Source of the DNA: Bacteroidales bacterium
Lineage (GTDB): Bacteria > Bacteroidota > Bacteroidia > Bacteroidales > VadinHA17
Length of the DNA stretch: 64,000 nucleotides
Direction of reading: 5' to 3'
NCBI GenBank assembly: GCA_038248855.1
Contig: JBBRXA010000010.1
Coordinates: 1,315-65,314 of the forward strand
The notes under the pieces: generated by a model
Databases searched by the model: none
What the model was told of the DNA's origin: nothing
What the model saw: the letters and a program-made list of their open reading frames with translations, nothing else
Program-made: the position numbers and the translations under genes
Shown: positions 18,915 to 28,080 of the stretch, one piece after another
Layout of the letters: each line of letters starts with the position of its first letter
Numbering within the stretch: position 1 is the first letter of the stretch

Positions 18915-20060
18915 TTATATTTTTCTCTGAATAATTCCCAGTCCCGGACCGGAAGGAAGAGTCACCTTGCCGTCAATGACTGTCAATCCATCATAAAGGT
19001 CATTGCTGATCAGAAGGTTTCCGTCAAGGTCAGCCCAGTCAACGAGTGGTGAGAGCTGCGCTGCAGCTGACACTGCACAGGATGTCTCTGTCATACATCC
19101 TATCAAAATCTTCATCCCCATAGCCCTGGCAAGAGTTATCATCCTGTATGCGGCATTCATTCCCCCGCATTTCATCAGCTTGACATTTATGCCCGAGTAA
19201 ATACCCTTCATCGGGAGCAGGTCTGCTACGGTCTGAAGGGCTTCGTCAGCCAGAATCGGCAGCGGGCTTCTCTCTGTCAGCCAGGCAATATCGTCAACCC
19301 GTTCCTTGGCCATCGGCTGCTCGATAAAGACAACATTCTTCTCTTTCAGCCAGAATGCCATTTCAAGCGCCTGATCCCTGTCCTTCCACCCCTGGTTAAC
19401 GTCTACATATAAGGGTTTGTCCGTAACTGACCTGACACTCTCGATCATCTCCCTGTCATTGTCCCTTCCGAGTTTTACCTTCAGTATTTTGAACACGTCA
19501 GCCTCTCTGGTCTTCTCCTTCACAACATCAGGAGTGTCAATTCCAATTGTAAAACTCGTGTCCGGGGTCTTTGCAGGATCAAGTCCCCAGATCCTGTACC
19601 ACGGCTCACCGATGAGCTTGCCGATAAGGTCATGCAGGGCGATGTCCACCGAAGCTTTTGCGGCATAATTACCGGGCATGATGCCGTCAACATACGCAAG
19701 GATGTCTTCCTTAAGGAAAGGATCACTGAATTGCTCAAGTTTTACCTTTGAGAGAAACGCGGTCACAGAAGCCTGGCTTTCACCAAGATACGGCGGCATG
19801 GAGGCTTCTCCGAAGCCTGTAACTCCGTCATATTCAATTTCTGTGAGCACCACCGGAGTTGTTGTTCTCGAATTGGAGGCGACCGTAAAAACATGCTTCA
19901 GCTGCAGTTCATAAGGTCTGAAACTGAGCCTGAGCGTTGAAGACCCTCCTGTTTTTCCTGATCGCTTTCCCATTGATTCTTTTGCAGACGGGGTTGAACA
20001 GCCAGTGATTATGGCCCCTGCAGCCAGTCCCCCGTATTTGATGAAATCTCTTTTCTTCAT
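18915..20060 (-). CDS. dipeptide epimerase (enolase superfamily, L-Ala-D/L-Glu epimerase-like) with Tat-like lipoprotein signal
   Basis: Core pattern of mandelate racemase/muconate-lactonising family dipeptide epimerases (LKVKLG, FIEQP, DE..Q, KL.K.GG). N-terminus is MKKRDFIKYGGLAAGAIITGCS. Confidence 0.8.
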   Translation of the reverse strand: MKKRDFIKYGGLAAGAIITGCSTPSAKESMGKRSGKTGGSSTLRLSFRPYELQLKHVFTVASNSRTTTPVVLTEIEYDGVTGFGEASMPPYLGESQASVTAFLSKVKLEQFSDPFLKEDILAYVDGIMPGNYAAKASVDIALHDLIGKLIGEPWYRIWGLDPAKTPDTSFTIGIDTPDVVKEKTREADVFKILKVKLGRDNDREMIESVRSVTDKPLYVDVNQGWKDRDQALEMAFWLKEKNVVFIEQPMAKERVDDIAWLTERSPLPILADEALQTVADLLPMKGIYSGINVKLMKCGGMNAAYRMITLARAMGMKILIGCMTETSCAVSAAAQLSPLVDWADLDGNLLISNDLYDGLTVIDGKVTLPSGPGLGIIQRKI

Positions 20061-20063
20061 TTT

Positions 20064-21236
20064 TCAAAAATACCAGTTGTGCTCTGAAATGCGTTCAATG
20101 CCTTTGGAGGAAGGCTCCCCGATTATTCTCCTTGCACCCTGAAGGGTGCTCTTCAGATAATCACTGTAGTTCGCACGTGTGGAGTCCAGGCTGTTGACCC
20201 TGATTATTCCCGGCGAATGAATGACCTCGGTATCACCTATATACATACCCACATGGCCTATCATCTTCTTTCCGTTCCGTACCCTTCCGAAGAATAGCAG
20301 GTCTCCTGGTTCAAGGGCGTCTGTATTGTCAACCGGCACTTCCTTTCCGTACCTGTGCTGTGACGATGCGTCGCGTGCCAGTATGACCCCGTATGAAAAA
20401 TAAACTGTCTTTACATACCCGCTGCAGTCTATCCCCTTGGATGATGTACCTCCCCACAGATAAGGGGAACCCAGTAAAGTAAAAGCTGATTTTACAAGCT
20501 CTGCGGCAACGGGCTGCGTATTTACTGCCCACGACCTGAATTCCGTTGCGTCGGATTTGCTTATAAGACCGCTTCTTCCGTCAGGCAACATTACCCGGTA
20601 CGATCCGCCCTGCTCCCCGGTCTTTACAGCTACCGCACCGGAAACGAGATCAGAGACAACCTGACCCCCATCAGTGACCATGTCTCCGTAATTCTTCTGA
20701 AAAATAACCCTGTCTGAACTTCGCCACCCGGCCATCTCCTTTTCGTCCATCTCATACACGGCATCATCATTGGTCCACCCAAGGTATGAGTCAGGAGTCT
20801 GGATAAAGAACCAGCCGCCCCTCTTTTTCAGGATCTTCACCGGAGTGCCCATGATTGCCTGCGTTATCATCTCAGCACCGTGAGAAGGTTTGCTCCTCAT
20901 GTTGCAAACGCTGAGCGTAATTACACCCCACGACTTTTTAATGATTGCAGTGTCAGGGAGCACTGTGATACTGTCCCTGAATGCCTCTCCTGAATTCTCC
21001 ATGTAACCGATGAGCTCTTCTTTCGCCCCGGGGATGTTCGTCTCACCCTTAACGGTAATCTTCCCGTCATCTGACATTAAAAGCTCAATATCGCAAAGGG
21101 TCTCCGAGGACTGAGGCACCCATCCTGCCGCAATGGAATCAATGTCAGCAGCAATGTTGCCGGGGACCTCTGCATCCCTGCAACCTGTAAGCTGAAACAT
21201 ACTTAATAAAATAAGGAAATATCCGGTTACTTTCAT
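20064..21236 (-). CDS. NlpC/P60 family gamma-D-glutamyl-diamino-acid endopeptidase-like lipoprotein with SH3b domains (YkfC-like)
   Basis: Lipobox QLTGC. C-terminal NlpC/P60 catalytic core: GIDCSGYVKTVY (Cys), GHVGMYIG (His) and VIHSPG. Confidence 0.85.
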   Translation of the reverse strand: MKVTGYFLILLSMFQLTGCRDAEVPGNIAADIDSIAAGWVPQSSETLCDIELLMSDDGKITVKGETNIPGAKEELIGYMENSGEAFRDSITVLPDTAIIKKSWGVITLSVCNMRSKPSHGAEMITQAIMGTPVKILKKRGGWFFIQTPDSYLGWTNDDAVYEMDEKEMAGWRSSDRVIFQKNYGDMVTDGGQVVSDLVSGAVAVKTGEQGGSYRVMLPDGRSGLISKSDATEFRSWAVNTQPVAAELVKSAFTLLGSPYLWGGTSSKGIDCSGYVKTVYFSYGVILARDASSQHRYGKEVPVDNTDALEPGDLLFFGRVRNGKKMIGHVGMYIGDTEVIHSPGIIRVNSLDSTRANYSDYLKSTLQGARRIIGEPSSKGIERISEHNWYF

Positions 21237-21263
21237 GAAATGTTGTATTACATCTTACAAATC

Positions 21264-21271
21264 CAAATTTA
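21264..21271 (-). promoter_or_regulatory. -7 box (TAAATTTG on minus strand)
   Basis: TAnnTTTG match 27 nt upstream of the NlpC/P60 start. Candidate promoter of the SusCD operon. Confidence 0.4.
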
Positions 21272-21525
21272 AAAAAATTTATTTTACTGCGGCAATAGAA
21301 TTACGCTTTTAATTAAACTTTTAATAGATGGCTGATTAATTGAAGCATAGACCCTCTGAATTTGTAAATGCCGCCTTCCGGAGAGCCTGTGACTTTTCCG
21401 GTCATCAAATAATTCATATATTAGTTGCTCTTTTGCAGATTCAGATAATACAAAAACATAAGTGCCCGCGGCGGAACCCGCAGGAGAGGCGAACCGAAGG
21501 CAGGCACAACAAAGGATTAAAATAT

Positions 21526-22782
21526 ATGAAAACGACTTTCAGACTTTCAGTCAGGTCCTTGCTGGTGCTCTGCATTGCAATGACATCAGCCTGCGCCATG
21601 AAGGGGCAGACAGTTTCAACGGGTGTTGAACAGCTTGAAGAGATTGATTTTGCTCCGCTCAACGGAAAAAGGGTCGGACTTGTAACGAACCCCACGGGTG
21701 TAGACCGCAACCTGAGGTCGACAGTCGATATTCTGTTCAATGCCCCCGGTGTGAAGCTCGTTTCTCTTTTCGGGCCGGAGCACGGTGTCAGGGGTGATTT
21801 TACCGCCGGTGAATATGTAATGACTGAAACTGATCCTGTCACCAAACTGCCGGTTTACAGCCTGTACGGGAAGACCCGCAAACCGGCAAAAGAGATGTTG
21901 CAGGGAATTGATGTCATGGTATACGACATCCAGGATATCGGATCGAGATCCTATACGTTCATCAGCACCCTGGGCCTTGTGATGGAGGCTGCTGCAGAGA
22001 ACGGTATAAAGGTTATCGTGCTTGACAGGCCGAATCCCCTGGGTGGTGTACGCATGGAGGGAGCCATTACCAAACCCGGATTCATATCTTTTGTCAGCCA
22101 GTTCGAGATACCATACCTGCACGGGCTTACGGTCGGAGAACTCGCCCTGTTCCTGAACGGTGAACGGCTCCTTGCCAATGGCGTACAGTGCGATCTCGAA
22201 GTGATTGCAATGAAAGGATGGCACAGGAATATGTATTTTGAAAATACCGGTCTCCAGTGGGTCCCCTCGTCACCGCACGTACCCCATGCAGATTCTCCCC
22301 TGTTTTATCCTGCAACAGGGATCGTGGGTGAACTCTATTCAGCAACCATAGGTGTGGGCTATACCCTCCCGTTCCAGCTTTTTGCAGCCGAATGGATTGA
22401 TGCCGGCGCCCTGGCCGGAAGCCTGAACGGACTGCATCTACCCGGGGTTATCTTCAGACCCGTGCATTTTAAACCGTATTACAGCACCTCGGTGGGAAAA
22501 ATGGTTCACGGAGTCCAGATCCACTTCACGGATGTCGAAAAGGCACCGCTGTCAATCTTACAGTTTTATATTTTGCAGGAAGCCCATAAACTGTGGCCTG
22601 ACAAAAATCTGTTTGAAATGTGCGAGCCGTCAAGGCTTTCCATGTTCGATAAAGTCTGCGGAACAGACCAGATCAGGAAAGAATTCACAAAAGAATTCAA
22701 GGTCAGCGCCATAGAGGGAATGTGGACAAGGGAAATCCCGGCTTTCAGGAAGAAAGCTGAAAAGTATTTCCTGTATAATTAA
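21526..22782 (+). CDS. DUF1343 / NamZ-like exo-beta-N-acetylmuramidase (GH171), secreted
   Basis: GKRVGLVTNPTGVD...LFGPEHG is the typical DUF1343 (YbbC/NamZ) N-terminus. ATG 21526 gives a signal peptide (MKTTFRLSVRSLLVLCIAMTSACA). The 62-codon upstream extension in the track looks non-coding. Confidence 0.8.
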   Translation: MKTTFRLSVRSLLVLCIAMTSACAMKGQTVSTGVEQLEEIDFAPLNGKRVGLVTNPTGVDRNLRSTVDILFNAPGVKLVSLFGPEHGVRGDFTAGEYVMTETDPVTKLPVYSLYGKTRKPAKEMLQGIDVMVYDIQDIGSRSYTFISTLGLVMEAAAENGIKVIVLDRPNPLGGVRMEGAITKPGFISFVSQFEIPYLHGLTVGELALFLNGERLLANGVQCDLEVIAMKGWHRNMYFENTGLQWVPSSPHVPHADSPLFYPATGIVGELYSATIGVGYTLPFQLFAAEWIDAGALAGSLNGLHLPGVIFRPVHFKPYYSTSVGKMVHGVQIHFTDVEKAPLSILQFYILQEAHKLWPDKNLFEMCEPSRLSMFDKVCGTDQIRKEFTKEFKVSAIEGMWTREIPAFRKKAEKYFLYN

Positions 22783-25106
22783 ATGGCTTCCCCTTCTACG
22801 CTCTTTTCAAGTTCCCGTGCATGTTCAAGGAACTCGTTTATCTTCATTTCCCTGTGATAAACCATCCCGTGAGTACCTCTGATTTTGGGGCTCTCGTTTT
22901 CATAGAAGAAATCCTTGCCGAGGATCAGCTGTACCTGTTTGAACTGTTCCACCCAGACCTGCTGCGAGAGGTCGCTGAAGGGACCGTCATAGGCGGGACT
23001 GGGGAATGAGGCGTTTACCTGACTGACATAACAGTCTTTGAAAGACTGGTTCAGTACTGCCATAGAGTTGAGGGAAACAGGGGTAAAGACATTTGCTTCC
23101 GAGGGCATGAATCTGTACCAGACATTGCGGTAACCGATTATCCTCAGGTCTGACAGATCCTGTTCCATACTCCACTGGCGGAGGGCTTCGGCAATGGCCT
23201 GCAGTACCTTGTAATGAGTATCAGGACCGGATCCTTCAGGATCGAAAGCAAGGCTGATGACGGTTGGCTTAATTCGTCTCAGCGTCTGAAGCACAGGTTC
23301 GACGTCCCTGTTCCGGTCCGGCTGCTGGGTAAAGATGTCACCGGTATAGAATCCCAGCCTGAGATGTTCTATATTCTGAACCTTGACACCGTAATGAGCC
23401 CATACCAGTTCTTCTTCATACTCCCGCAGCATTCCTTTCAGCTGCTGTATGTCAGGCGGGTTTTTCTCGCCGCTGTAACTGCCGGTGATCAGGTCAATGT
23501 TCTGCTTCAGCCGGGTTACAAGCTCTTCATTGGATTTCAGCCTGTAAATATCAACCATGGCTCTTACAATCCTGTGACATATGCCTCTCAATTTGCCGGC
23601 CTCATCCTTGTCGGCGGTCTTGTCGAGATAATGACTTACGTCTTTGTCCCACTTGAATTTGTACCCGCTTTCATAGAAGTCAGGATAACTGAGCATCTGT
23701 ATCTTGTCGGAAGATATGAGAGACAGTGTCTCCCTCAGCAGTTTCAGGAGCATATCGTTTGTCACAGCCGTAAATCCGGATGTAAGCACCGCAAAGTGAA
23801 ACCGGTTGGTTATTTCCCTCAGCTGGGGAATAATTGCCGGAAAGATCCCGAGCATGATATCGTCGTGATGCGGCCCTGTATGGAAAAAGACCTGATTTCT
23901 GTCTCTTGTAAGTCCTGCCTCAATCTTGTCCTTTGTCGATTCTATTACCTGCTGTACGCTCTCCATGCTCAGGCCGGGTATCATCTGGCAGTACTCATCG
24001 TTCTTAAGATCCTCAATGACAAGCTTGTGCGCATACTTGTCAATCTTCTGGCAGAGATCGAAGACAGCTCTTTCAGTCTTTTCAAAAGTCCATTCTCCCT
24101 CCCTGTAATAACGCTCGATGCTGTCATGCAGCTGAACCGAAGCTCCTTCAGTGATGTAGAACCGTGCGTTTTTCTGGTTCTGAAGTACGGTAGCAGGATA
24201 AAGATTATCAGGTCCCATTTCGATGGCGTTCTTCACCACCTGAGCTTTGGCCTCACCGGCGGCAAAAATTATTGATACACCTTGCGGGTTGTAAACAATG
24301 GTGCCCAGGCCGATTGTTATTACCAGGCGTTTCCTGGAGACCTCTATTCCGCCGAGATCGCCTGCCGAAGCTGCCTGTGTCTCAAAGTTCGTGGCTGTCA
24401 GCCTCGTGGTCGAGTTATGGTCACTGCCCCGGGTATTAAATGCTATATGGCCGTCAGGACCTATTCCGCCCAGGAAGAATCCAATCCCGCCCAGCTCGCG
24501 GATCCTTTTTTCATACCCGGTACACCAGTTATCAATCCTGAAAAGCGATGCCTGCTGAAGCTTTTCTGTCGGTGTCAGCGCCTCTCTGTTCCGCAGTGTC
24601 AGATCGATGACGTTATCCGGAAACACTTCGGTAAAATGCTTTCCTTCAGCAAGTTCTATTTCATCAGAATTGATCAGAAGGGCCTTTGCAGGGTCAAGTC
24701 CGAATCCTTTGATATAATAATTTGTAACATAGTCAAAGAAGCTGTTATGCTGTTTAGGGCTAATGGGATAGAACTCGTCTATCTGCACAAAATGAAGCCC
24801 TTTCAGAGACGGTTTTTCTTTCAGGAAGAGCCCGTTATCTTCCCTGATACTCTTTGCCTGGGGCTTTTCCCAGTTGTTGAGAAGATACTGTGTCCATTTG
24901 ATAAAATACTCCGGAGTCTTGCCTGTAGGCAGGCTGATTACTCCTTCAGGATTCTCCGCAACCCATTCGAGAAACCTGAGTGATGTAAGCAGTCCGAGGT
25001 TGGGAAAATTCTTCACAACTATGTACGGCATGGCGGAGGTGACACTTTTCCTTCCGGAGCGCCCGAAGAAAGCCTGCTCAACCCTTGTAAAAACTGCAGT
25101 ATTCAT
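22779..25106 (-). CDS. nagB: long-form glucosamine-6-phosphate deaminase: NagB domain fused to an LmbE/PIG-L-like deacetylase domain
   Basis: N-terminal SLPTGKTPE...GIGPDGHIAFN (NagB/6-PGL fold). The middle has FFHTGPHHDDIMLG (cf. the PH.DD metal motif of LmbE/PIG-L). Confidence 0.75.
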   Translation of the reverse strand: MNTAVFTRVEQAFFGRSGRKSVTSAMPYIVVKNFPNLGLLTSLRFLEWVAENPEGVISLPTGKTPEYFIKWTQYLLNNWEKPQAKSIREDNGLFLKEKPSLKGLHFVQIDEFYPISPKQHNSFFDYVTNYYIKGFGLDPAKALLINSDEIELAEGKHFTEVFPDNVIDLTLRNREALTPTEKLQQASLFRIDNWCTGYEKRIRELGGIGFFLGGIGPDGHIAFNTRGSDHNSTTRLTATNFETQAASAGDLGGIEVSRKRLVITIGLGTIVYNPQGVSIIFAAGEAKAQVVKNAIEMGPDNLYPATVLQNQKNARFYITEGASVQLHDSIERYYREGEWTFEKTERAVFDLCQKIDKYAHKLVIEDLKNDEYCQMIPGLSMESVQQVIESTKDKIEAGLTRDRNQVFFHTGPHHDDIMLGIFPAIIPQLREITNRFHFAVLTSGFTAVTNDMLLKLLRETLSLISSDKIQMLSYPDFYESGYKFKWDKDVSHYLDKTADKDEAGKLRGICHRIVRAMVDIYRLKSNEELVTRLKQNIDLITGSYSGEKNPPDIQQLKGMLREYEEELVWAHYGVKVQNIEHLRLGFYTGDIFTQQPDRNRDVEPVLQTLRRIKPTVISLAFDPEGSGPDTHYKVLQAIAEALRQWSMEQDLSDLRIIGYRNVWYRFMPSEANVFTPVSLNSMAVLNQSFKDCYVSQVNASFPSPAYDGPFSDLSQQVWVEQFKQVQLILGKDFFYENESPKIRGTHGMVYHREMKINEFLEHARELEKSVEGEAI

Positions 25107-25129
25107 ATCATTGAATTTTTATGTTCATT

Positions 25130-28072
25130 TCACTTAATGAGTGCTTCATACATTACCTCAACAGGATGCAATGCCTTTTTGCCGGTCCCGTCGGCAATCT
25201 GATGCCTGCACGATGTGCCCGGAGCCACTATTACTGTGGAAGCTGCTGCTTCCCTGACGGCCGGGAAGAGGACCATCTCTCCTATCTTCATGCTCAGGTC
25301 ATAATGTTCCTTCTCGTATCCGAATGCTCCTGCCATGCCGCAACATCCGCTTGGTATTTCCTCAACACTGTAGCCGGATGGAAGGGATAGCATCCTGATA
25401 GTGGGCGTTGTAGAAGCGATGGCTTTCTGCTGGCAGTGACCGTGCAGAAGAATCTTCAGCGGTTTGCCGGTGAACATATCCGATGTAATTTTGCCCTTTT
25501 CAACTTCGCGGCAGATAAATTCCTCGAACAAAAGTGCATTCTTCCCAAGGGAGGAGGCTGCCTCTGCCAGGCTGCTGCCAACGAGTTCAGGATACTCGTC
25601 GCGGAAAGTCAGAACCGCTGAAGGTTCTATACCTACCAGGGGTAAGTCTTCACTTACAATGTCGTTCAGCATCATAACGTTTCGAACGGCAATTTTCCGG
25701 GCTGACCTCAGCAATCCCTTCGAAAGGAATGTCCGGCCGCTCTCTGCATGTTTCGGGATGACAACTTCATAACCCAGCTTCTCAAGAAGCATTATTGCTT
25801 TTATGCCAATGTCGCTCTCATTGAATTCTGTAAACTCATCGGCAAATAGGCATACCTTTCCCTTATTGTTTTGAGTCACAAAGCCTTTAGCCTTTCTTCT
25901 GCGGTCCAGGCTTCTCAGGGTGGCAGTAGATAATGCAGGCACACTCCGGCTGACTGAAAATCCGACCAGCCGCTTAAAGAGTGAGGTTCCCGTGAAAAAG
26001 TTGGTGACAGGCCTGACTGCCATACCAAATCTGCTGAGGCGGGGAAGGTATGCAATCAACAACGTCCGGAACGGCACATGATGCGAGTCGTAGTAATGCT
26101 GCAGGAACTCGGCCTTGAATTTGGTGACATCTACATTCGAGGGGCATTCCGATTTACAGGCCTTGCATGAGAGACAGAGGTCCATCACACGGTAGATCTC
26201 CTCATGGTCAAACCTGTTTTTCTTCTCTGACCTTGTAAGAAACTCCCTGAGGATGTTTGCCCTTGCACGGGTAGATTTATCCTCATCGCCGGTAGCCATG
26301 AAAGAAGGACACATGGTGCCTCCCATAAGTGAGCTCTTGCGGCAGTCTCCTGACCCGCTGCATTTTTCTACGGCGTAGAGCAAGCCCTCCTCCTCCGGGA
26401 ACTGAAAGGCGGAACCGGGTATCCGTGTCCTTTTTCCGGCCGGATACCTCAGGTTATCCACTATCGAGGGAGTATCCGTGATCTTGCCGGGATTGAATAT
26501 GTTATCCGGATCCCATATATGTTTAAGTTCCTTCAGCAGTTTATAATTGTGTTCTCCCAGCATCAGTGGTATGAACTCCCCGCGCAGTCTTCCGTCACCG
26601 TGTTCACCGCTAAGTGATCCGCGGTATTTTTTCACCAGCTGCGCTACGTCACGGGCAAGAGTGTGAAAGAGTTTTATGTCATCAGGGTCTTTAAGGTCCA
26701 GCAGCGGACTGAGATGCAGTTCTCCCGTGGCAACGTGCGCATAGTAGGCGCAGCTGAGGCCGTGCCTGCCAAGCAGCTTTTCAATTTCGGCGATGTACTC
26801 AGGGAAACGTTCTGGCAGCACGGCTGTGTCTTCGATCACCTGTACGCTTTTCTTACGCCCGGAGATGTTCAGCAGCACTCCAAGTCCTGCCCTGCGGAGC
26901 TCCCACACCCTGAAAATCTCGGCGGCGGCTGTATACAGCGGGAAATGATATCCGTAGCCTGCTTCCCTCATTTCTGACTCCATGGCGGCGGCAGCGGCGG
27001 TAATCTCTCCGACGGTATCCCTTAAAATTTCGATGATGAGTATGATTTTTGGCTCACCCCTGACAAAAAAGCGGTTTTTGTTTTGCGAGATGTTGTCCCT
27101 GGTACAGTTAAGTATATAATCATCAACCAGTTCTATTGCCGAAGGATTATTTTTCAGGGCAATAATATTCGCCTTTGCCGCATCCTGCAGGCTCGAAAAA
27201 TGGGCACACAGTAGCCCTGTCTTCTTCTGCGGAAGGTCAACCAGGTTGAGCTTCATCGAGGTTGTGAAAGCCAGTGTTCCTTCCGAACCGGCAAGCAGCC
27301 TGCAGACATTTATCTTTTCACCGTTGCCGGTAAACGGGTCTGTTTCTAGCAGCACATCAACGGCATAACCGTTATTGCGCCTTTTAAGCCCCGGATCGGG
27401 AAACTCCCTCCTTATCGTTTCTGCATTGAGTGGGTCTGACAGAATGTCCCGAAGTTTGCAGTATATCTTAGTTTCAAGCAATCCTGGGTCTTCCCCGCAT
27501 TTGAGACGGAATTCATCCGTGGTAATCTCCCTGAATGTAACTTCCGAGCCATCTGATAAAATAGCCTCCACCTCCAGGATATGGTCTCTCACGCTGCCGT
27601 GCATCAGAGAGTGGGCACCGCAAGAGTTATTGCCGAGCATTCCCCCCATGCAGCAACGGTTGGCCGTTGATGTCTCAGGACCGAACTGCAGAAGATACGG
27701 CAGGAGGTATTTATTCAGTTCACCAAGAATTACGCCGGGCTCCACCCTGACCCAGCGCTCCTCGCTGCTGAATTCAAGGATGCGGGTCATGTATTTTGAA
27801 ACATCAATGACGATTCCCGGTCCCACCACCTGCCCCGCAAGGGAGGTGCCGGCGCCTCTCGGAATGACTGAGCTGCCCTCGCTGCGCGCAAATGCAATGA
27901 TCTTCTTTATGTCGTCTTTGCTGCGAGGCCGCGTCACGGCAAGCGGGATCTCCCTGTAAGCCGAAGCATCAGTGGAATAGAGTATCCTCTGGGTGTGATC
28001 AGAGTAGAGATCCCCGTCCAGCTCATCGCGGAGGCAGTCAAATTTAAAATCCTGTTTCATCGACTGTATCAT
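25130..28072 (-). CDS. FAD-linked oxidase fused to a 4Fe-4S/CCG module (GlcD-GlcF fusion, YdiJ-like); D-lactate/D-2-hydroxyacid dehydrogenase candidate
   Basis: 980 aa. N-terminal FAD_binding_4 pattern (PRGAGTSLAGQ), CLSCKACKSECPS ferredoxin motif, C-terminal CCG domain (GCCGMAG). Confidence 0.8.
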   Translation of the reverse strand: MIQSMKQDFKFDCLRDELDGDLYSDHTQRILYSTDASAYREIPLAVTRPRSKDDIKKIIAFARSEGSSVIPRGAGTSLAGQVVGPGIVIDVSKYMTRILEFSSEERWVRVEPGVILGELNKYLLPYLLQFGPETSTANRCCMGGMLGNNSCGAHSLMHGSVRDHILEVEAILSDGSEVTFREITTDEFRLKCGEDPGLLETKIYCKLRDILSDPLNAETIRREFPDPGLKRRNNGYAVDVLLETDPFTGNGEKINVCRLLAGSEGTLAFTTSMKLNLVDLPQKKTGLLCAHFSSLQDAAKANIIALKNNPSAIELVDDYILNCTRDNISQNKNRFFVRGEPKIILIIEILRDTVGEITAAAAAMESEMREAGYGYHFPLYTAAAEIFRVWELRRAGLGVLLNISGRKKSVQVIEDTAVLPERFPEYIAEIEKLLGRHGLSCAYYAHVATGELHLSPLLDLKDPDDIKLFHTLARDVAQLVKKYRGSLSGEHGDGRLRGEFIPLMLGEHNYKLLKELKHIWDPDNIFNPGKITDTPSIVDNLRYPAGKRTRIPGSAFQFPEEEGLLYAVEKCSGSGDCRKSSLMGGTMCPSFMATGDEDKSTRARANILREFLTRSEKKNRFDHEEIYRVMDLCLSCKACKSECPSNVDVTKFKAEFLQHYYDSHHVPFRTLLIAYLPRLSRFGMAVRPVTNFFTGTSLFKRLVGFSVSRSVPALSTATLRSLDRRRKAKGFVTQNNKGKVCLFADEFTEFNESDIGIKAIMLLEKLGYEVVIPKHAESGRTFLSKGLLRSARKIAVRNVMMLNDIVSEDLPLVGIEPSAVLTFRDEYPELVGSSLAEAASSLGKNALLFEEFICREVEKGKITSDMFTGKPLKILLHGHCQQKAIASTTPTIRMLSLPSGYSVEEIPSGCCGMAGAFGYEKEHYDLSMKIGEMVLFPAVREAAASTVIVAPGTSCRHQIADGTGKKALHPVEVMYEALIK

Positions 28073-28080
28073 TTACAGTT

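Noticed and set aside
21340-21525. 62-codon N-terminal extension of the DUF1343 ORF
   Set aside because: The extension has no signal or domain character and lies in the divergent promoter region. ATG 21526 yields a proper signal peptide directly followed by the conserved DUF1343 N-terminus.
23214-24275. 353-aa ORF on the plus strand (with 24282-24983, 233 aa) inside the nagB-long gene
   Set aside because: It is antisense to a CDS with strong family motifs. The translation is low-complexity with no recognisable motif, so it is a typical shadow ORF. The same reasoning applies to 21616-22224, 28267-28884, 37433-37852, 52089-52571, 53558-54130, 55423-55890, 60152-60661 and 6891-7310.
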